Under the pieces are notes generated by a model. The model was not told the origin of the DNA. It did not search any database and saw only the letters and a list, made by a program, of their open reading frames with translations. Positions 37,174 to 49,747 of a stretch of 64,000 bases of DNA are shown in pieces. The position numbers and the translations under genes were made by a program. Source of the stretch: Lingula anatina (lineage: Eukaryota > Animalia > Brachiopoda); the NCBI GenBank assembly GCA_051362555.1, contig CM120649.1:7192001-7256000 (forward strand). Direction: 5' to 3'. How positions within the stretch are numbered: position 1 is the stretch's first letter; every line of letters begins with the position of its first letter.

Positions 37174-38279
37174 CAGTGATTGTGGGACTGAGAAGTAAAT
37201 CTAAACGCACATTTAGTATATAAGCCGGACAAATTTAAGAAGTTGTTAAAAGAAAGCAATCGACCCTTTTTATATTTTCCAGAAAATCGAAATTTTGTGG
37301 CAAATATATATTTTTTCGATCTAAAACTAAAAATTACAATCTACCCAAAGAAACACTGTAATGCTGACGTTTTTGTGCTCAAACATTGCTCATACTGTGA
37401 ATTTGACATTTTCTCCCTCTCAAAAATGTTCGTGGGCGTGTTTGATTTAGACGTTCATAGGAGAAAGGTAGAAAATATCCCTGAATTTTCGCCTAGTTTC
37501 TCATACACGCAACAACCAAGCCATACCTTACATGAATCAGTACAGGTAAACATCAGTGATATGGGGTTTCGAGATACACTTTGAAAGCAAAAAGTGGAAG
37601 CGTCGTAATTTTTTCATTTCGGTTTCTTCCCATTCATCGCGTTACAAGAAGTTTAGGACTAGTTTTCATTCCGCGAACTCTGATTGGGTAGAAGCGTGGG
37701 AACAACTGCTCGCGGCATCTTTACCTGTTTATTTCGGGTACGAGAGGTTTGCAAGACTTTTTTAAAATTTATTTATTTAGAAAAATTATTTTCTCCCCAA
37801 AGGTCAAATTTGCTCCCTACATTGTGACACATTTGAATTTTTTAAAATCCCTGCACACTTACATAGGTCTTACAACCCAATTTACAGCGAGACGCTTGTG
37901 AACAGGTAGAGAATTTCGCCTGGCCTAAGTGGTGCTTTTTCAGCGCTAACTCTTTGATCTACTGTTTTAAAATTGCTAATGTAACGTCTCGCTCTATGTC
38001 CTTTTCTTTTGTGTCAGGGAGAATAATTACTATTCCCCGGAGCAACCGGACTAACTCATTTTTATCAATGCGACAGGTTCAACTGCAATCGTCCAATAGC
38101 AACCATGGCAGCGGGTCACACGGTGAAAGTGATGTTCAGCACAATGACCTAGATAAGATAAGGCAGAGCACTACCTGGACGATTGATCTGTGCAGATGAT
38201 TACCCAGGCTTATGAGACAACACACGTGTCAGAGATGCCATGCAGTTGTAGTGATGCGCAAGGTGGTTGTACTTCCAAG

Positions 38280-38462
38280 GGGGGCGTCTCGATAGTCCGA
38301 AGGTTCATTGGTCCGAAGGTTCATTGGTCCGAAAAGTGGTAACATTTTCATCGATTTTTTAACCAAGGCCAGGGTTCATTGGTCCGAAGGTTTTATAGTG
38401 AACATTCGGACCAATGAACCTTCGAACTATTGAACCTTCGGACTAGTATTGCTACGGCCCCC
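38280..38462. mobile_element. Small TIR element with 16-bp subterminal repeats and 8-bp TSD
   Basis: CTTCCAAG|GGGGGCGT...ACGGCCCCC|CTTCCAAG. Unit GGTCCGAAGGTTCATT is repeated on the left and inverted on the right. Confidence 0.75.
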
Positions 38463-38517
38463 CTTCCAAGAGGGGCCGTAGCAATAGTCCGAAGGCAAGA
38501 CAGAAGTACGTTGGGTA

Positions 38518-38595
38518 CATTAATCTTGATCAATATTTCCAAGGAGTTATAACAGACTTGTTATAACTCCTTGGAAATATTGATCAAGATTAATG
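38518..38595. repeat. Perfect hairpin, 37-bp arms, 4-nt loop
   Basis: CATTAATCTTGATCAATATTTCCAAGGAGTTATAACA-GACT-TGTTATAACTCCTTGGAAATATTGATCAAGATTAATG. Confidence 0.95.
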
Positions 38596-40832
38596 ATATT
38601 TCTTTCCTTTTTCCACACAGTACATGTACATTTGACATAATTATTTTGATAATACAATGTATGAGTAACTACCTCCTGACGCTGTGCATCACAAATGTTT
38701 CCATGAAATTTAGCCCAGGAGCTGAGCTTATTTATGCTCCGATTCTAATATTACGTGCTTTGAAAGGCTCGCCAAACTGGGGCACAAGTAAGCTCATCTC
38801 ATCATCAGCTGTGGTGCACATTTCATGGGACATTTGGAGATTGTTGATGCGGCTGCCATTGCACTCACATAATTTTACCGTTTCCTGCAAATCTTTTAAT
38901 GTTATTTATCTCATTTTATTTCAAGGCTTTCCTTTCCTTGAACAAGCCGTTGGTTCAGAAAAAGGCTTGGGGCAACTGAATGGACTGGGAGAAAAAGAAG
39001 GGTAAGCTCACACTTCATAGAGATAAAAGAATTTTTCAGACTGTTGATGGCATTCATTGAATAATGATGGGTAGGTTGCAGATTTTAATATCACAGAGTT
39101 TGGGGTTAAATTGTTATGTAAATTATAGTGTATATCTTGGCTGACATCAGGGATTGTCATTATTTGTTGCTTACAAACTTAAGTGTACCTTAATTATAAT
39201 GGCATGGTCTGCTCATTATAATGGCATGGTCTGCTCCTTTGACTTTGTAGAGTCCACAGTATTTCAGGTTAATTGGTATTGTAATCAAGGAGTTATAACA
39301 GAAGGAATATTCAAACTTATCAGAGATCAAGAAGTGCAAATTATATATATGTCAGTGCCCTAATTACGTTGGTGGCATATTATTAGTTGGTCACCAGGTA
39401 ATTACCTGTTTTTCAACTTAATTGGAGAGATGAGTTGTTATCTCTTCCTTTAAAAGTCTTTCTTTGTTACAGCTGGAGCAGGAAGACTTCAGGTGACACT
39501 CATTAGAGTCATGTGACCCACTGGTGTGACCAATGGAATCATCTTATATTAGGTCACATGGTGAGATTTATGATCTGATAAAAAGGTGGGCCATGCTATG
39601 GTGAAGGTGCTGTGTGCCACATCATAGTTGCAGTCTGACTTGTAGGAGGGGTAGAGTGAAAAGCAGAAGTTCACATTCTCTCACTTGAATGTGATGAACA
39701 GAGGGGCTCTGCAAGATACAGCATCACTAGAATGAGTTAGACAGTTCACACTTGTGCTGAGAGAACAGGTAAGAGCTATATTTATAACAATGTTTTAAAA
39801 CATGATTTTAAAAATGATTTTTAAAAAGCTTATCAAAGCAACAGAATTTCTAGTTTTTAAGGGGTTTGTAAGTCAGACATATTGTTTGTTTACATTGCTT
39901 CATTTTCCTCATGAACATTCATTATCAAAGATACAATTTACAGTAACAAAAACTTGGCCTGTTATAACAAGAAGTTGTATGCTTGTATAGCCTTGGAACT
40001 GTTACTGGTGACTGTTTTTAGAGATAAATTATAGTTCTAAAGGAAAAACACAATAGCCAGTTTAGATGCTTTTTGAAAGTCTATTCTTCACATATGGGTT
40101 ACAGGTCTGGCATACAGACAGGAACAGACTCTGAAAATCTCCAGCTGAAAATCTCCCCAGAGTGTTATGCCTACCTCTGAGAGCATTACAAACTTTAAAG
40201 ATCATACCGATTCCTACGTGCTGTAAATCTATCAGGTATGTCTAATAATGCATTAAATTGTATATCAACTTTTGTGTGTATGTATGTATTCATCCACTGA
40301 CAAGGGCTAAATGTTATTTTTACTTTGCACTACACTGCAATATATATTTGTGTATATTGCATAGCAAATTGTATTTTTATTGTGCATGTAAAAACTTTGT
40401 CCTGTTTTTAGCCCAAGCTTGAATTATGTAAGCTTAACTTCGTTTTTTAGAAGTTTGGGACATATAAAAAAATATTCTCAAACAATTCATTACATAAGGC
40501 ATATATAACTAAAGTAGAAATGTTTTCCCAGTACTTTGTTTTCTTAATCTTGTGGTAATATTACGTTAATATTATGTCTGTTACAGTCTGCATGCTGATG
40601 TAAGGAAGGAGCAAAGAATTTGAGGCATGGAATATTATGTTTTTTTCCTCAGCCTACCTCCCTCTTCACCTAAAACAAATGACCCACCAAGCACTTAAAC
40701 ACCCAGATCATACATTCAAGCATAAGTGTGCATGACCTAAAGAGTAAGTAAAAATTGTGTACATGTATGAACAGTTCATGGGTAAACAGTGTAAACTCAA
40801 TTTAACAATTAAGACAAAACACCATACATTTA

Positions 40833-41041
40833 GACTCCGTTCACATGAAAAATCTATTTTCTATTCGCGGTATCTTGTGATCACTCCAAGCGCAGCCGAG
40901 AATTAATTACAGCTTTGGAAGTAACTGGCTTGCGCGGCCAGTAATTACGCTGCGGGGTATTCAGGGCACAGACCGTGATCACAAGATACCGCGAATAGAA
41001 AATAGATTTTTAGAAAATATACTTTTCATGTGAACGGAGCC
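40833..41041. mobile_element. PIF/Harbinger-like MITE with TTA TSD
   Basis: TTA|GACTCCGTTCACATGAAAA...TTTTCATGTGAACGGAGCC|TTA, with inner inverted repeat ATCTATTTTCTATTCGCGGTATCTTGTGATCAC. Confidence 0.85.
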
Positions 41042-43789
41042 TTATTGGAGAGGAAGTTGGTTTTCTTCTATTATATGTAGATTTTGTGTTTAACATACTT
41101 TTATACAATATATAGGCAAATTAAAGCTATATTGAGAGTGAGCAGTTTTATATAAAATTGATTTGACAGTGTTCTACATACAAATGATCTATGTATTAAA
41201 ACAGTGCATATGTCTTGTAGAATATAGGTGAAGCTGACATATAAGGGGAACCAAGGATCAAAGCAAGTGTCCCACAGAAGTACAGATGAGGCTGACATTT
41301 TTGGAAGAAGTGATCCAAACCGACAGCCCCAGCCAGGATGAGGGGTTGATTTTGACAGAAGAAATGTGTAGGTATATACTTGAATATATATTTAAAGTTT
41401 TTGTCACCTAAGAGTTACTACATTCAAGCTATCTAGGCTTTAACAAGCAATCAGACACTCTAACCCACTCCCTCTCTTTCTGTATTGGTATTAAAATTTA
41501 AAACACGAGAGAAAAATGGATAATATTTCACGTATCACATTCTAACCTTTCACATTGTTCTCCACACAGCACTGCACACAGCTGATTGCTATTTAAAAAA
41601 ATGCACAAAGAATAATAATAGTTTTTCACATATCACATTCTAAACTTTGACACAATTCTTCGTACAGTACTGTTTCCATAGCAACCATCACAAGAACCAT
41701 GCCAGCAGTTGTTTGAGAACCCTATATCAGAGGTCAAGTGTCGGGATGTAGAAGAGATGGTGCTGAAGTTTTCTTGAGGCAGTTCCACCATTCAAAAGAA
41801 CATTTACAATGGAGAGAGGGATTCCAGTCAAGAAAGCATGATAAACAAGTTTGTTGGGAATTTCCCCAAGTATTTTATTATTATTCAAATTTGGCAGCTG
41901 TTTATGGTAATTAAGGCATATGTTAAGATATGTGTATATAATTAGATATTGTATTGATAACTGATTATATTAGTTATGGTTGCTTGTATCTTGTGTATTG
42001 AATGTGAATATGTAGATCCCAAACTACCAAAGGCTTACTTATAAACAGGTGCACTAGACTCTCAACAAAACTCCCAAGTTCTCCATCCAAATAGCCCCAA
42101 GTCTCTCTTGAAACTTCATATTTGTAACAGGAATAGTTTTAAGTTTTACGAGAGATAGAAAAAAGCACACACAGATTCTGCTTACTGGTGAGGTCTTTAT
42201 TGAACACCTCCCGAATCTCACTCTCACTGCCTTCTCTCTCACTGCTGTGACTCTCACTAACTGCTGTGACTCTCAACTACTGCTCTGAAGATTTAGGAGG
42301 ATTTCATGCATAAAAGTAAAAGTTATTTCTTATATCAAATGAATAACAGCTAGATTATACTGAAATACATATAGGGAGACATTAATTGTGACCCTTGATT
42401 TTGTGTCCAGACAGTATCTATGGACAGGTCTGTCCATTTACTTTATAGTTTGTCATTGTTTACGGGTTGGAAACAGTGTCTCTCAACAATTATGTGAAGA
42501 ATGTTTGAAAGTCTGGGGGATGTCTCTGACATGCTGGTGATAGGCATGTTCACTCAAACTCAGCTTGAACTTCACACAGGTTTATTACAATCTTTTTGAA
42601 CAAATGTACAGAGGAGCCCTTCCCTTACTTCAACAACGTGAAATAGGACCTTCTACCTCTGCTTGGTTTTCTTCAGGGTTTTGTTAACCCTAAAATTTAC
42701 TAAGAGGGGGTGGATGACTGAGGCCCTGCCTAGTTCCTATTGACCAGGTTGCCTGTCACTCAGTATAATCTTTCCATTTAATTTCAGAATAGAATACATG
42801 GTAATTTACATAATAACAATAAAAATGCAGACAGAAGATATATCATAAAATACAGACAAAAGAAGATATTATGTAATTTATAGATAATCAGTAGAATGCT
42901 GGAAAAGTAGGTACATAGTAATTTACTAGGTACATAGTAGTCTACCCTGTATTAACTGCGTGTAACAGTATCAAAGTCCTTACACTAACAAGTTCCCTCT
43001 TCTTATCTCATTGTAATAACCTGCCTGTGGTTATGAAGGTGCTTATAGATTTTCTTTTCACCAATAAGACAACTGAGACAGGCAGGTATAGTTTTCTTCT
43101 ACATGGTTTATTAAACTGACTGTAAAACTCAGGTCTTTTCTCTCTCTCTATTTCTATATATATATTTACATCTGTGCCTTTATATCCATGTTTCTATCTA
43201 TATGTCCCTCTTTTTGTCCCCTCTGTAGCTCTGTCGCCACTTTTATACCTGATCCTAATTTCACAATCAGGAACAACAGCAAGAGATCTCCTCGGTTAGA
43301 GCCCTTTATTCCTTCTGTCATCTGCTGGTAGTCCAGCTTCTTATGTATCTCATACAAGGAATTATTTTGTATTCTGAATCTTAATTGTAACCTTCTCTTA
43401 GTATGTATTGTTGTCACAACATTAATTATGAATAAGGAAGGTTACACATTAATTATACATACGGTCACATGTATAGGACTATTTATGCATGACAGGGCTT
43501 GACCGAGAGGCAATGCCTGGGCAAGTGGAATTATCCATCACGTATTGATGAATTCTTTCTAATGTTTACAAAAAAATTAAATATGTATCTGGTACACACA
43601 ATACAGGTGGTTCGAACGGTTAGAATCATATTTTGTGGATAGGTATGTAATGAATGTAGCCATGGTGTAAGGCTACCAATGTGTATCAAACGGTTTTTGG
43701 GTTATGTTTTTTTAGCTCCATTGAGTAAGGACACTGAGCTCTATTGATGTGGGTAGGGTGAAGCCGAACCCAGATGTCACATTAGTCAA

Positions 43790-44413
43790 TGTGACCGTAT
43801 GTTTCACAGCCAGAAACAACAACTAGAGATCTCCTGGCCTATAGAGACCTATGCCTATTCCTATTGCTATCTGAGCCTGATCCTTGAAAGTGAACCCTTT
43901 TTTTGTGCGTAGGTTGAAGTGCATTAATCTGTGGGGACAAAACAGCTTGCATCTGAGAAACTAAAGTTGCCATGTTTAATTGTATGGCATCAGCTACCAT
44001 TTTGTTTACATCTGCTGGTGTAACTGACGCTACTGATGCTAAAGATTTGCAAGTTGCAGACTCAGCCCTAACAGCTGTGTCTGTGAGGTCACTTAAGGTT
44101 AGCGGATTTTCCAAAATCACTACTTGTTTAATGGCAGAGTTAAGCCCATTAATGGCAAAAAGTTTGAAGCTCTGCACCCACCTGGCAGCGCCATCTGTGG
44201 CGCCAGTAAAGTAGGTGATGCTTGGCCCGAGTCTTACTGTACCTGTGGTTGTTGCTGCACTTTATTAATTGTCCTACTTCTTAACTGTAACTGTCTTACT
44301 GTACCTGTGGTTGTTGCTGCACTTTATTAATTGTCCTACTTCTTAACTGTATGGCATTGTTAAAAGGTGTGCTCATCTGTACTTGAGGATCAAGCCGCTA
44401 GGTTTCTCCACCA
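43790..44413 (-). pseudogene. Degenerate Gypsy gag fragment downstream of a PBS
   Basis: AINGLNSAIKQVVILENPLTLSDL...AVRAES aligns by eye with AIINGLNPSVRALIMMQNPQSISDLEEAAKLAEA of the gag at 52933-54240. PBS TGGTGGAGAA ends at 44413. Confidence 0.75.
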
Positions 44414-44699
44414 AGATTGCAGTTGAAAGGAAACATATTGTTGAAAGACTAACTGAGCAAGGTACCACTTCAAAGGGAGTGTTGTCAGTCAAAGTTAAAG
44501 AACATCCAAAAGTCCTTGGATAAATGCCAAGATCACTTTGTGAGTTCAGTTCCAAAACTGTGGCTTTACCATTTGGATCAACTAGTCCGCTGGAATTTCT
44601 ACTGTGGGAATCAAAAATGAAATATCTGACATCGTATGCACAATATGACTTAATTTTGGGTAGAATACCCTATGGTGGTGCAGTACCACCATATTTACA
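44414..44699 (-). mobile_element. LTR flanked by both PPT (44702-44714) and PBS (44406-44413)
   Basis: AAAAGGGGATTTTAG|TGTAAAT...CTGCAATCT|TGGTGGAG on -; diverged homologue at 48414-48701. Confidence 0.62.
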
Positions 44700-44715
44700 C
44701 TAAAATCCCCTTTTG

Positions 44716-45280
44716 TCAATTTATTAAGTTTCCAGTATTTTGGTCAAGAAATATTTCTAGTGATTGGTAACAATATCTGCACGTCACTTGGGCATGTCTT
44801 GAATACAACCTAATGTTTCCCCATTCAATTATGATCTTTGGTCTTAATCCTGTAACAAATGTGATGTTTTTCACCAACAGTGAACCTTCTATAGTTAATT
44901 TGTTAGGACAGGATTCAATTTTTGTCATTGGGACCATAACACTCTCACTTTCTCCTATTATCTCCAAGGCAAGGTAGTTTTTTGGTTTTCTTTTTACATC
45001 TGACACATATTGTGACAAAAATTAGCAGTAGAAAGATGATCAGAAAGTATATGGGAGTTGCGATTTCATGCTTTGTAGAGCTCAAAATATTCCGTTGTTG
45101 GTGGTGTTGTGGTGATGTAAGTTGTGTATCTGAAGACGGGTGCTGGATTTGCTTTTGCATGACCAACGGCTAGCAGAGTTGTGGTCAGGACTCTTAGTTT
45201 GTATGCTAAACCAAATGAGAACACTAGACCAAAACTTGCAATGCTCAAAGCTGCATATGTCAGTTTTTCTTTAAAGTTGA
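44716..45280 (-). pseudogene. Env-tail ORF copy 1 (TM - signal peptide - TM - cytosolic domain), frameshifted
   Basis: LTYAALSIASFGLVFSFGLAYKLRVL...HAKANPAPVFRY...IYFLIIFLLLIFVTIC...YLALEIIGESESVMVPM...CP...PKIIIEWGNI. It ends immediately before a PPT-LTR. Confidence 0.7.
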
Positions 45281-46282
45281 ATTCTGTATCTAGACAAGTC
45301 CACAAAATATGTACTGAACGTACTAAATGGTAGGATGCTTAAACCAGACCCTTAAATCGCGTGTTGTTCCATCAGCATATGCAACGGAGGTGCAGGAAGT
45401 GACTCGTTCAATGCTAGTTGTTATTGGGCCGTCAGCGCCTGCGCCTCAGGTCCTTGAACTGTCAGTGTGTCCGAGGTTGCTGTCAGCTCCACCGGGACAT
45501 AAGTGATGGTCTCACAGTCATTAGTACTATTGGCTGTTACTGTACGCTGATGAACAGGGCTGTCCGGTGCTGAAATATGACTCAACTCAAGTTCATTTGA
45601 CATGGGTTCATATAAAGCGTTATCACATTCCTCATTATGTCCACTAGACCTTTCTAATTTCCTTTTATTGACGTGATGGCTTTTTATTTAAATTATTTCC
45701 CGCCAATTACATCGCCGATACCCACATATTACAATCAGCTCGCCAATTGTTATGTCCTCAACTTCGTTCGTCAGACTTTACGTAATGATCAGGTCACGAT
45801 ATATCACACGCAGGTTCTTTGGCTTGAATGTCGTTCGCCCCGCGGATCCAATAAAGTGAGCAAGATTCTCCGTGTATTCAAATAGAATTTTAATAATGTC
45901 TTTTAGAAATTTTACAGAGGTGTCGGGCAGTCCAAAAATGTATGTGATATCGTCCGAGCCAAAATACGATATATCCTCACCTTAGAAGAGGGCAGCCTTT
46001 ATAGATCATTCAGGAATTTTAATAATCCAGGAAGAAATACACTTGACTGAGCGCAGTCCTTTTGTCTCCTTCTCTGCCTCAACTCAGTCACCGTGTTTCC
46101 TGGATCATTCTTACCCCTCCCAGCCTTCAAAGGCATTCCTGAATTTTATCTCAGATCACGATCATTCCCGAATGTCTATTGGCTGTCCCCTTCTAAGTTT
46201 ATCTTAAGATAGGAATATTATTTTAATTTTAAGTATTTATGTCAATTATAAAATACCCAAAGTGGTATTTTACAATCTGGGT

Positions 46283-46313
<31 letters not shown>

Positions 46314-46442
46314 GGGGAGGGAGGGGTTCTTTTCTGCTCTACTTAAATTGTTCTCCATAAAATCCAATTTTTTACAACAATTTTTCCAGACCTTTCAAAT
46401 AATCTCCCCTCCCCCATTCTTAAGATGAGTTAATATCACTAC

Positions 46443-47710
46443 ATCTGCTGGACCAAATCACTTCCTTCTGGAATTGCTAGATACATTTTCTCTTTCTTCT
46501 TTGTCTAGCAGCTTTCACTTCTGGTTGTTTACACCCTTCAGTGTTTGGTTCTTGTATTTTTAAATTATCAAATTAAAAGATTATCTTTTTTCTCAATAAA
46601 TAAATTCTAAACATTCCCTCAACAAGTATTCATTGTTTGCCAGGCATTTGTTCTCTGTTATGCCTTGCATCCTTCACACCTTGCTGTCCATAATAAATTG
46701 AATCTAAGTCCGTTCTTTTTTCCTTGATATGCGCTTGTGACCTGTACACTCGTTCACTTTCCTTCATTATCTGTTGGATACTTGGCGTTTAACAGTAAGG
46801 AGGTGCTTATTTCACAATCAGGAACAACAACGAGATCTCCTCAGTTAAGTCCCTTTATTCCTTCTGTATCATCTGCTGGAAGTCCGGCTTTTATATATTT
46901 ATCTGCTGGACCAAATGACTTCCTTCTGGATTTGCTAGATACATTTTCTCTTTCTTCTTTGTCTAGCAGCTTTCACTTCTGGTTGTTTACACCCTACAGT
47001 GTTTGGTTCTTGTATTTTTAAATTATCAAATTAAAAGATTATCTTTTTTCTCAATAAATAAATTCTAAACATTCCCTCAACAAGTATTCATTGTTTGCCA
47101 GGCATTTGTTCTCTGTTATGCCTTGCATCCTTCACACCTTGCTGTCCATAATTAATTGAATCTAAGTCCGTTCTTTTTTCCTTGATATGCGCTTGTGACC
47201 TGTACACTCGTTCACTTTCCTTCATTATCTGTTGGATACTTGGCGTTTAACAGTAAGGAGGTGCTTATTTCACAATCAGGAACAACAACGAGATCTCCTC
47301 AGTTAAGTCCCTTTATTCCTTCTGTATCATCTGCTGGAAGTCCGGCTTTTATATATTTATCTGCTGGACCAAATGACTTCCTTCTGGATTTGCTAGATAC
47401 ATTTTCTCTTTCTTCTTTGTCTAGCAGCTTTCACTTCTGGTTGTTTACACCCTACAGTGTTTGGTTCTTGTATTTTTAAATTATCAAATTAAAAGATTAT
47501 CTTTTTTCTCAATAAATAAATTCTAAACATTCCCTCAACAAGTATTCATTGTTTGCCAGGCATTTGTTCTCTGTTATGCCTTGCATCCTTCACACCTTGC
47601 TGTCCATAATAAATTGAATCTAAGTCCGTTCTTTTTTCCTTGATATGCGCTTGTGACCTGTACACTTGTTCACTTTCCTTCATTATCTGTTGGATACTTG
47701 GCGTTTAACA
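46443..47710. repeat. 458-bp tandem repeat, ~2.8 near-identical copies
   Basis: ATCTGCTGGACCAAAT occurs at 46443, 46901 and 47359. ORFs at 46737 and 47195 are identical. A diverged partial copy lies at ~43258-43340. Confidence 0.95.
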
Positions 47711-48413
47711 AAGATAATCTTTTAATTTGATAATTTAAAAATACAAGAACCAAACACTGAAGGGTGTAAACAACCAGAAGTGAAAGCTGCTAGACAAAGA
47801 AGACAAAGAAGACCCTTAAGCTTACTGGGCCTTCTATACAGGGTAGAGCCACAATAGGGCATTTAAGATAGGAGTATACATAATTCATTATCAGAGAGAA
47901 GACAGTTACAAGTGTTCATTTAGTAAGCATGAGCACTTTAAGACAATGAAGATAATCAAAGTTATTCTATTCATACGGTTACAGTATATGAGTTACAATC
48001 TTAAGTAAGTGTTATCTAACATGAAATGCAGGTTCATAATGAGAACAATGAAGATACATGTGGCTATAGTTTTAGACAATGAGGATATTCACAGTTATTC
48101 ATACGGTCAGTATATCTGGGTTACAATCTTGAGTAAGTGTGTGTTATCTAACATGAAATACAGGTCTATAGTGAGCATGATAGGTGCTTGTGACCTATAC
48201 CCCCGTCCAATTTCCTTTATCTTCTCTTGGACACTTGGTCTCATACAGTAGGAACTTTTTTGCTCTGCACATTTCAACAATACCATTATTTTCTTTCTAT
48301 ATTGAGCATCTCTTTTTATATGTTAGTTTTTTTGGCTGAGATTTTCAGGCCTTTATTTGTTCCTTTCTTTTTTCCTTTTTAGCACATCTTCATACTTCCT
48401 CTGACTTTCAAAA

Positions 48414-48701
48414 TAAGATTTCAGTTGAAAAGGAAACAAAGCGTTTGAAATTCTAACTGTGCAGGAAGTAACTTTGAAGACAGTGTTGTCACTCAAATTT
48501 AAAGAACATCTGAAAGTCCTTGGATAAATGCCAAGATCACTTTGTGAAGACAGTTCCAAAACTGTGGCTTTACCATTTGGATCAACTAGTCCTCTGGAAA
48601 GCTGGTTGTAACTGGGTGGAATTTCTGCTGTGAGAATCAAAAATGAAATATCTGCCATCGTATTAAACTAATATAATCAACAAGATTTTGATGTGGTTAC
48701 A
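48414..48701 (-). mobile_element. LTR-like repeat homologous to 44414-44699
   Basis: Shares AAAGTCCTTGGATAAATGCCAAGATCACTTTGTG...GGATCAACTAGTCC; begins TGTAAC on -. Confidence 0.6.
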
Positions 48702-48716
48702 TAAATGTATTATTAT

Positions 48717-49044
48717 AGTATCAGGAGTATTTTTTTGTCTGTTAATAGGTTGAGCAACAACAACAAGCAGCCTTCGGATAGGGAAGTTTATTTCAGCATA
48801 CAGTACAGCTCTCCCAGCTCTCCCTATCTCTCTCTCTCCTTTCTCCAGAGAGTGGAGGGCTTTTATACAAGATTTTCACATCTAGCATTACATGAAACTA
48901 CTGGGATATATTAGTCCATATAAGTGTATGTTCTGTCTTAAATAGAAAGGTATAGGAATAGGTTTCAGGTATACGTTTCCTGTTCCAGGAGATAACATTA
49001 TATAAGTTTTATAAATAAATTTGTATACTTTCTGAACTGTGATA
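48717..49044 (-). repeat. 3' LTR
   Basis: Direct repeat of 54263-54590, with TATAAAA and AATAAA on -. Confidence 0.92.
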
Positions 49045-49747
49045 CACTTCCCATACTCCTTAAAATTTGTGCCTCGAATTTTTACACATAGACTCAAGTT
49101 TACTTATTATAATTTAGGCTGATTAAAATTGGAATATAAGGAAGAAAATTGAAAATGCTATATAGATTATGATCATTCTCATTCAAGCCAAGGGCTTGTT
49201 GATAATCACACAACTGAATTATACACACTAGATAGTTGTGACACATTAAAATGCAAATATAATAGGTACAATGTTTAGTATAAATACAATAAAAACTTAA
49301 TAATATGTAACCACCATAAGTGGTAAATTTATGTACAGTATAATATACCATGCGGTTTTCTTAGACATAGGCATTAGCCACTGAAACAACAGAGTTGGCT
49401 AGCATAACTTAATGTAAGCATACATCTGTATTTATACATAGAGAAATATATATAAACAAACTCTAAATTCTAATAGCACAATAATTATTCAACAATCCAT
49501 TTAATTTTTACTAAGACAACATACTTCCACACATGCTTTCAGTGGAAAAGTAGACTCTTCCCAAGTACTGTTTTACCTCTTAGCGTAATAAAACAAAACT
49601 GAAATTACATCAGATACATCAGTCTGTGATGGTGCAGAACAACAATGTGGGTGTCAAATGGCTTCTCTATAATTGATAATAAGGAAAAATATTGCCACCA
49701 AGACAAGTAGACTGTCATTGGCAAAGAGACAGTCTGTGATACACTTC

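Noticed and set aside
38292-38445. 16-bp repeats as a CRISPR-like array
   Set aside because: The repeats are contiguous or inverted with no unique spacers, lie within a TSD-flanked TIR element, and the context is eukaryotic with no cas genes.
46737-47479. Two identical 94-aa ORFs as duplicated genes
   Set aside because: They are by-products of the 458-bp tandem repeat, start with GTG and have no recognisable domain.
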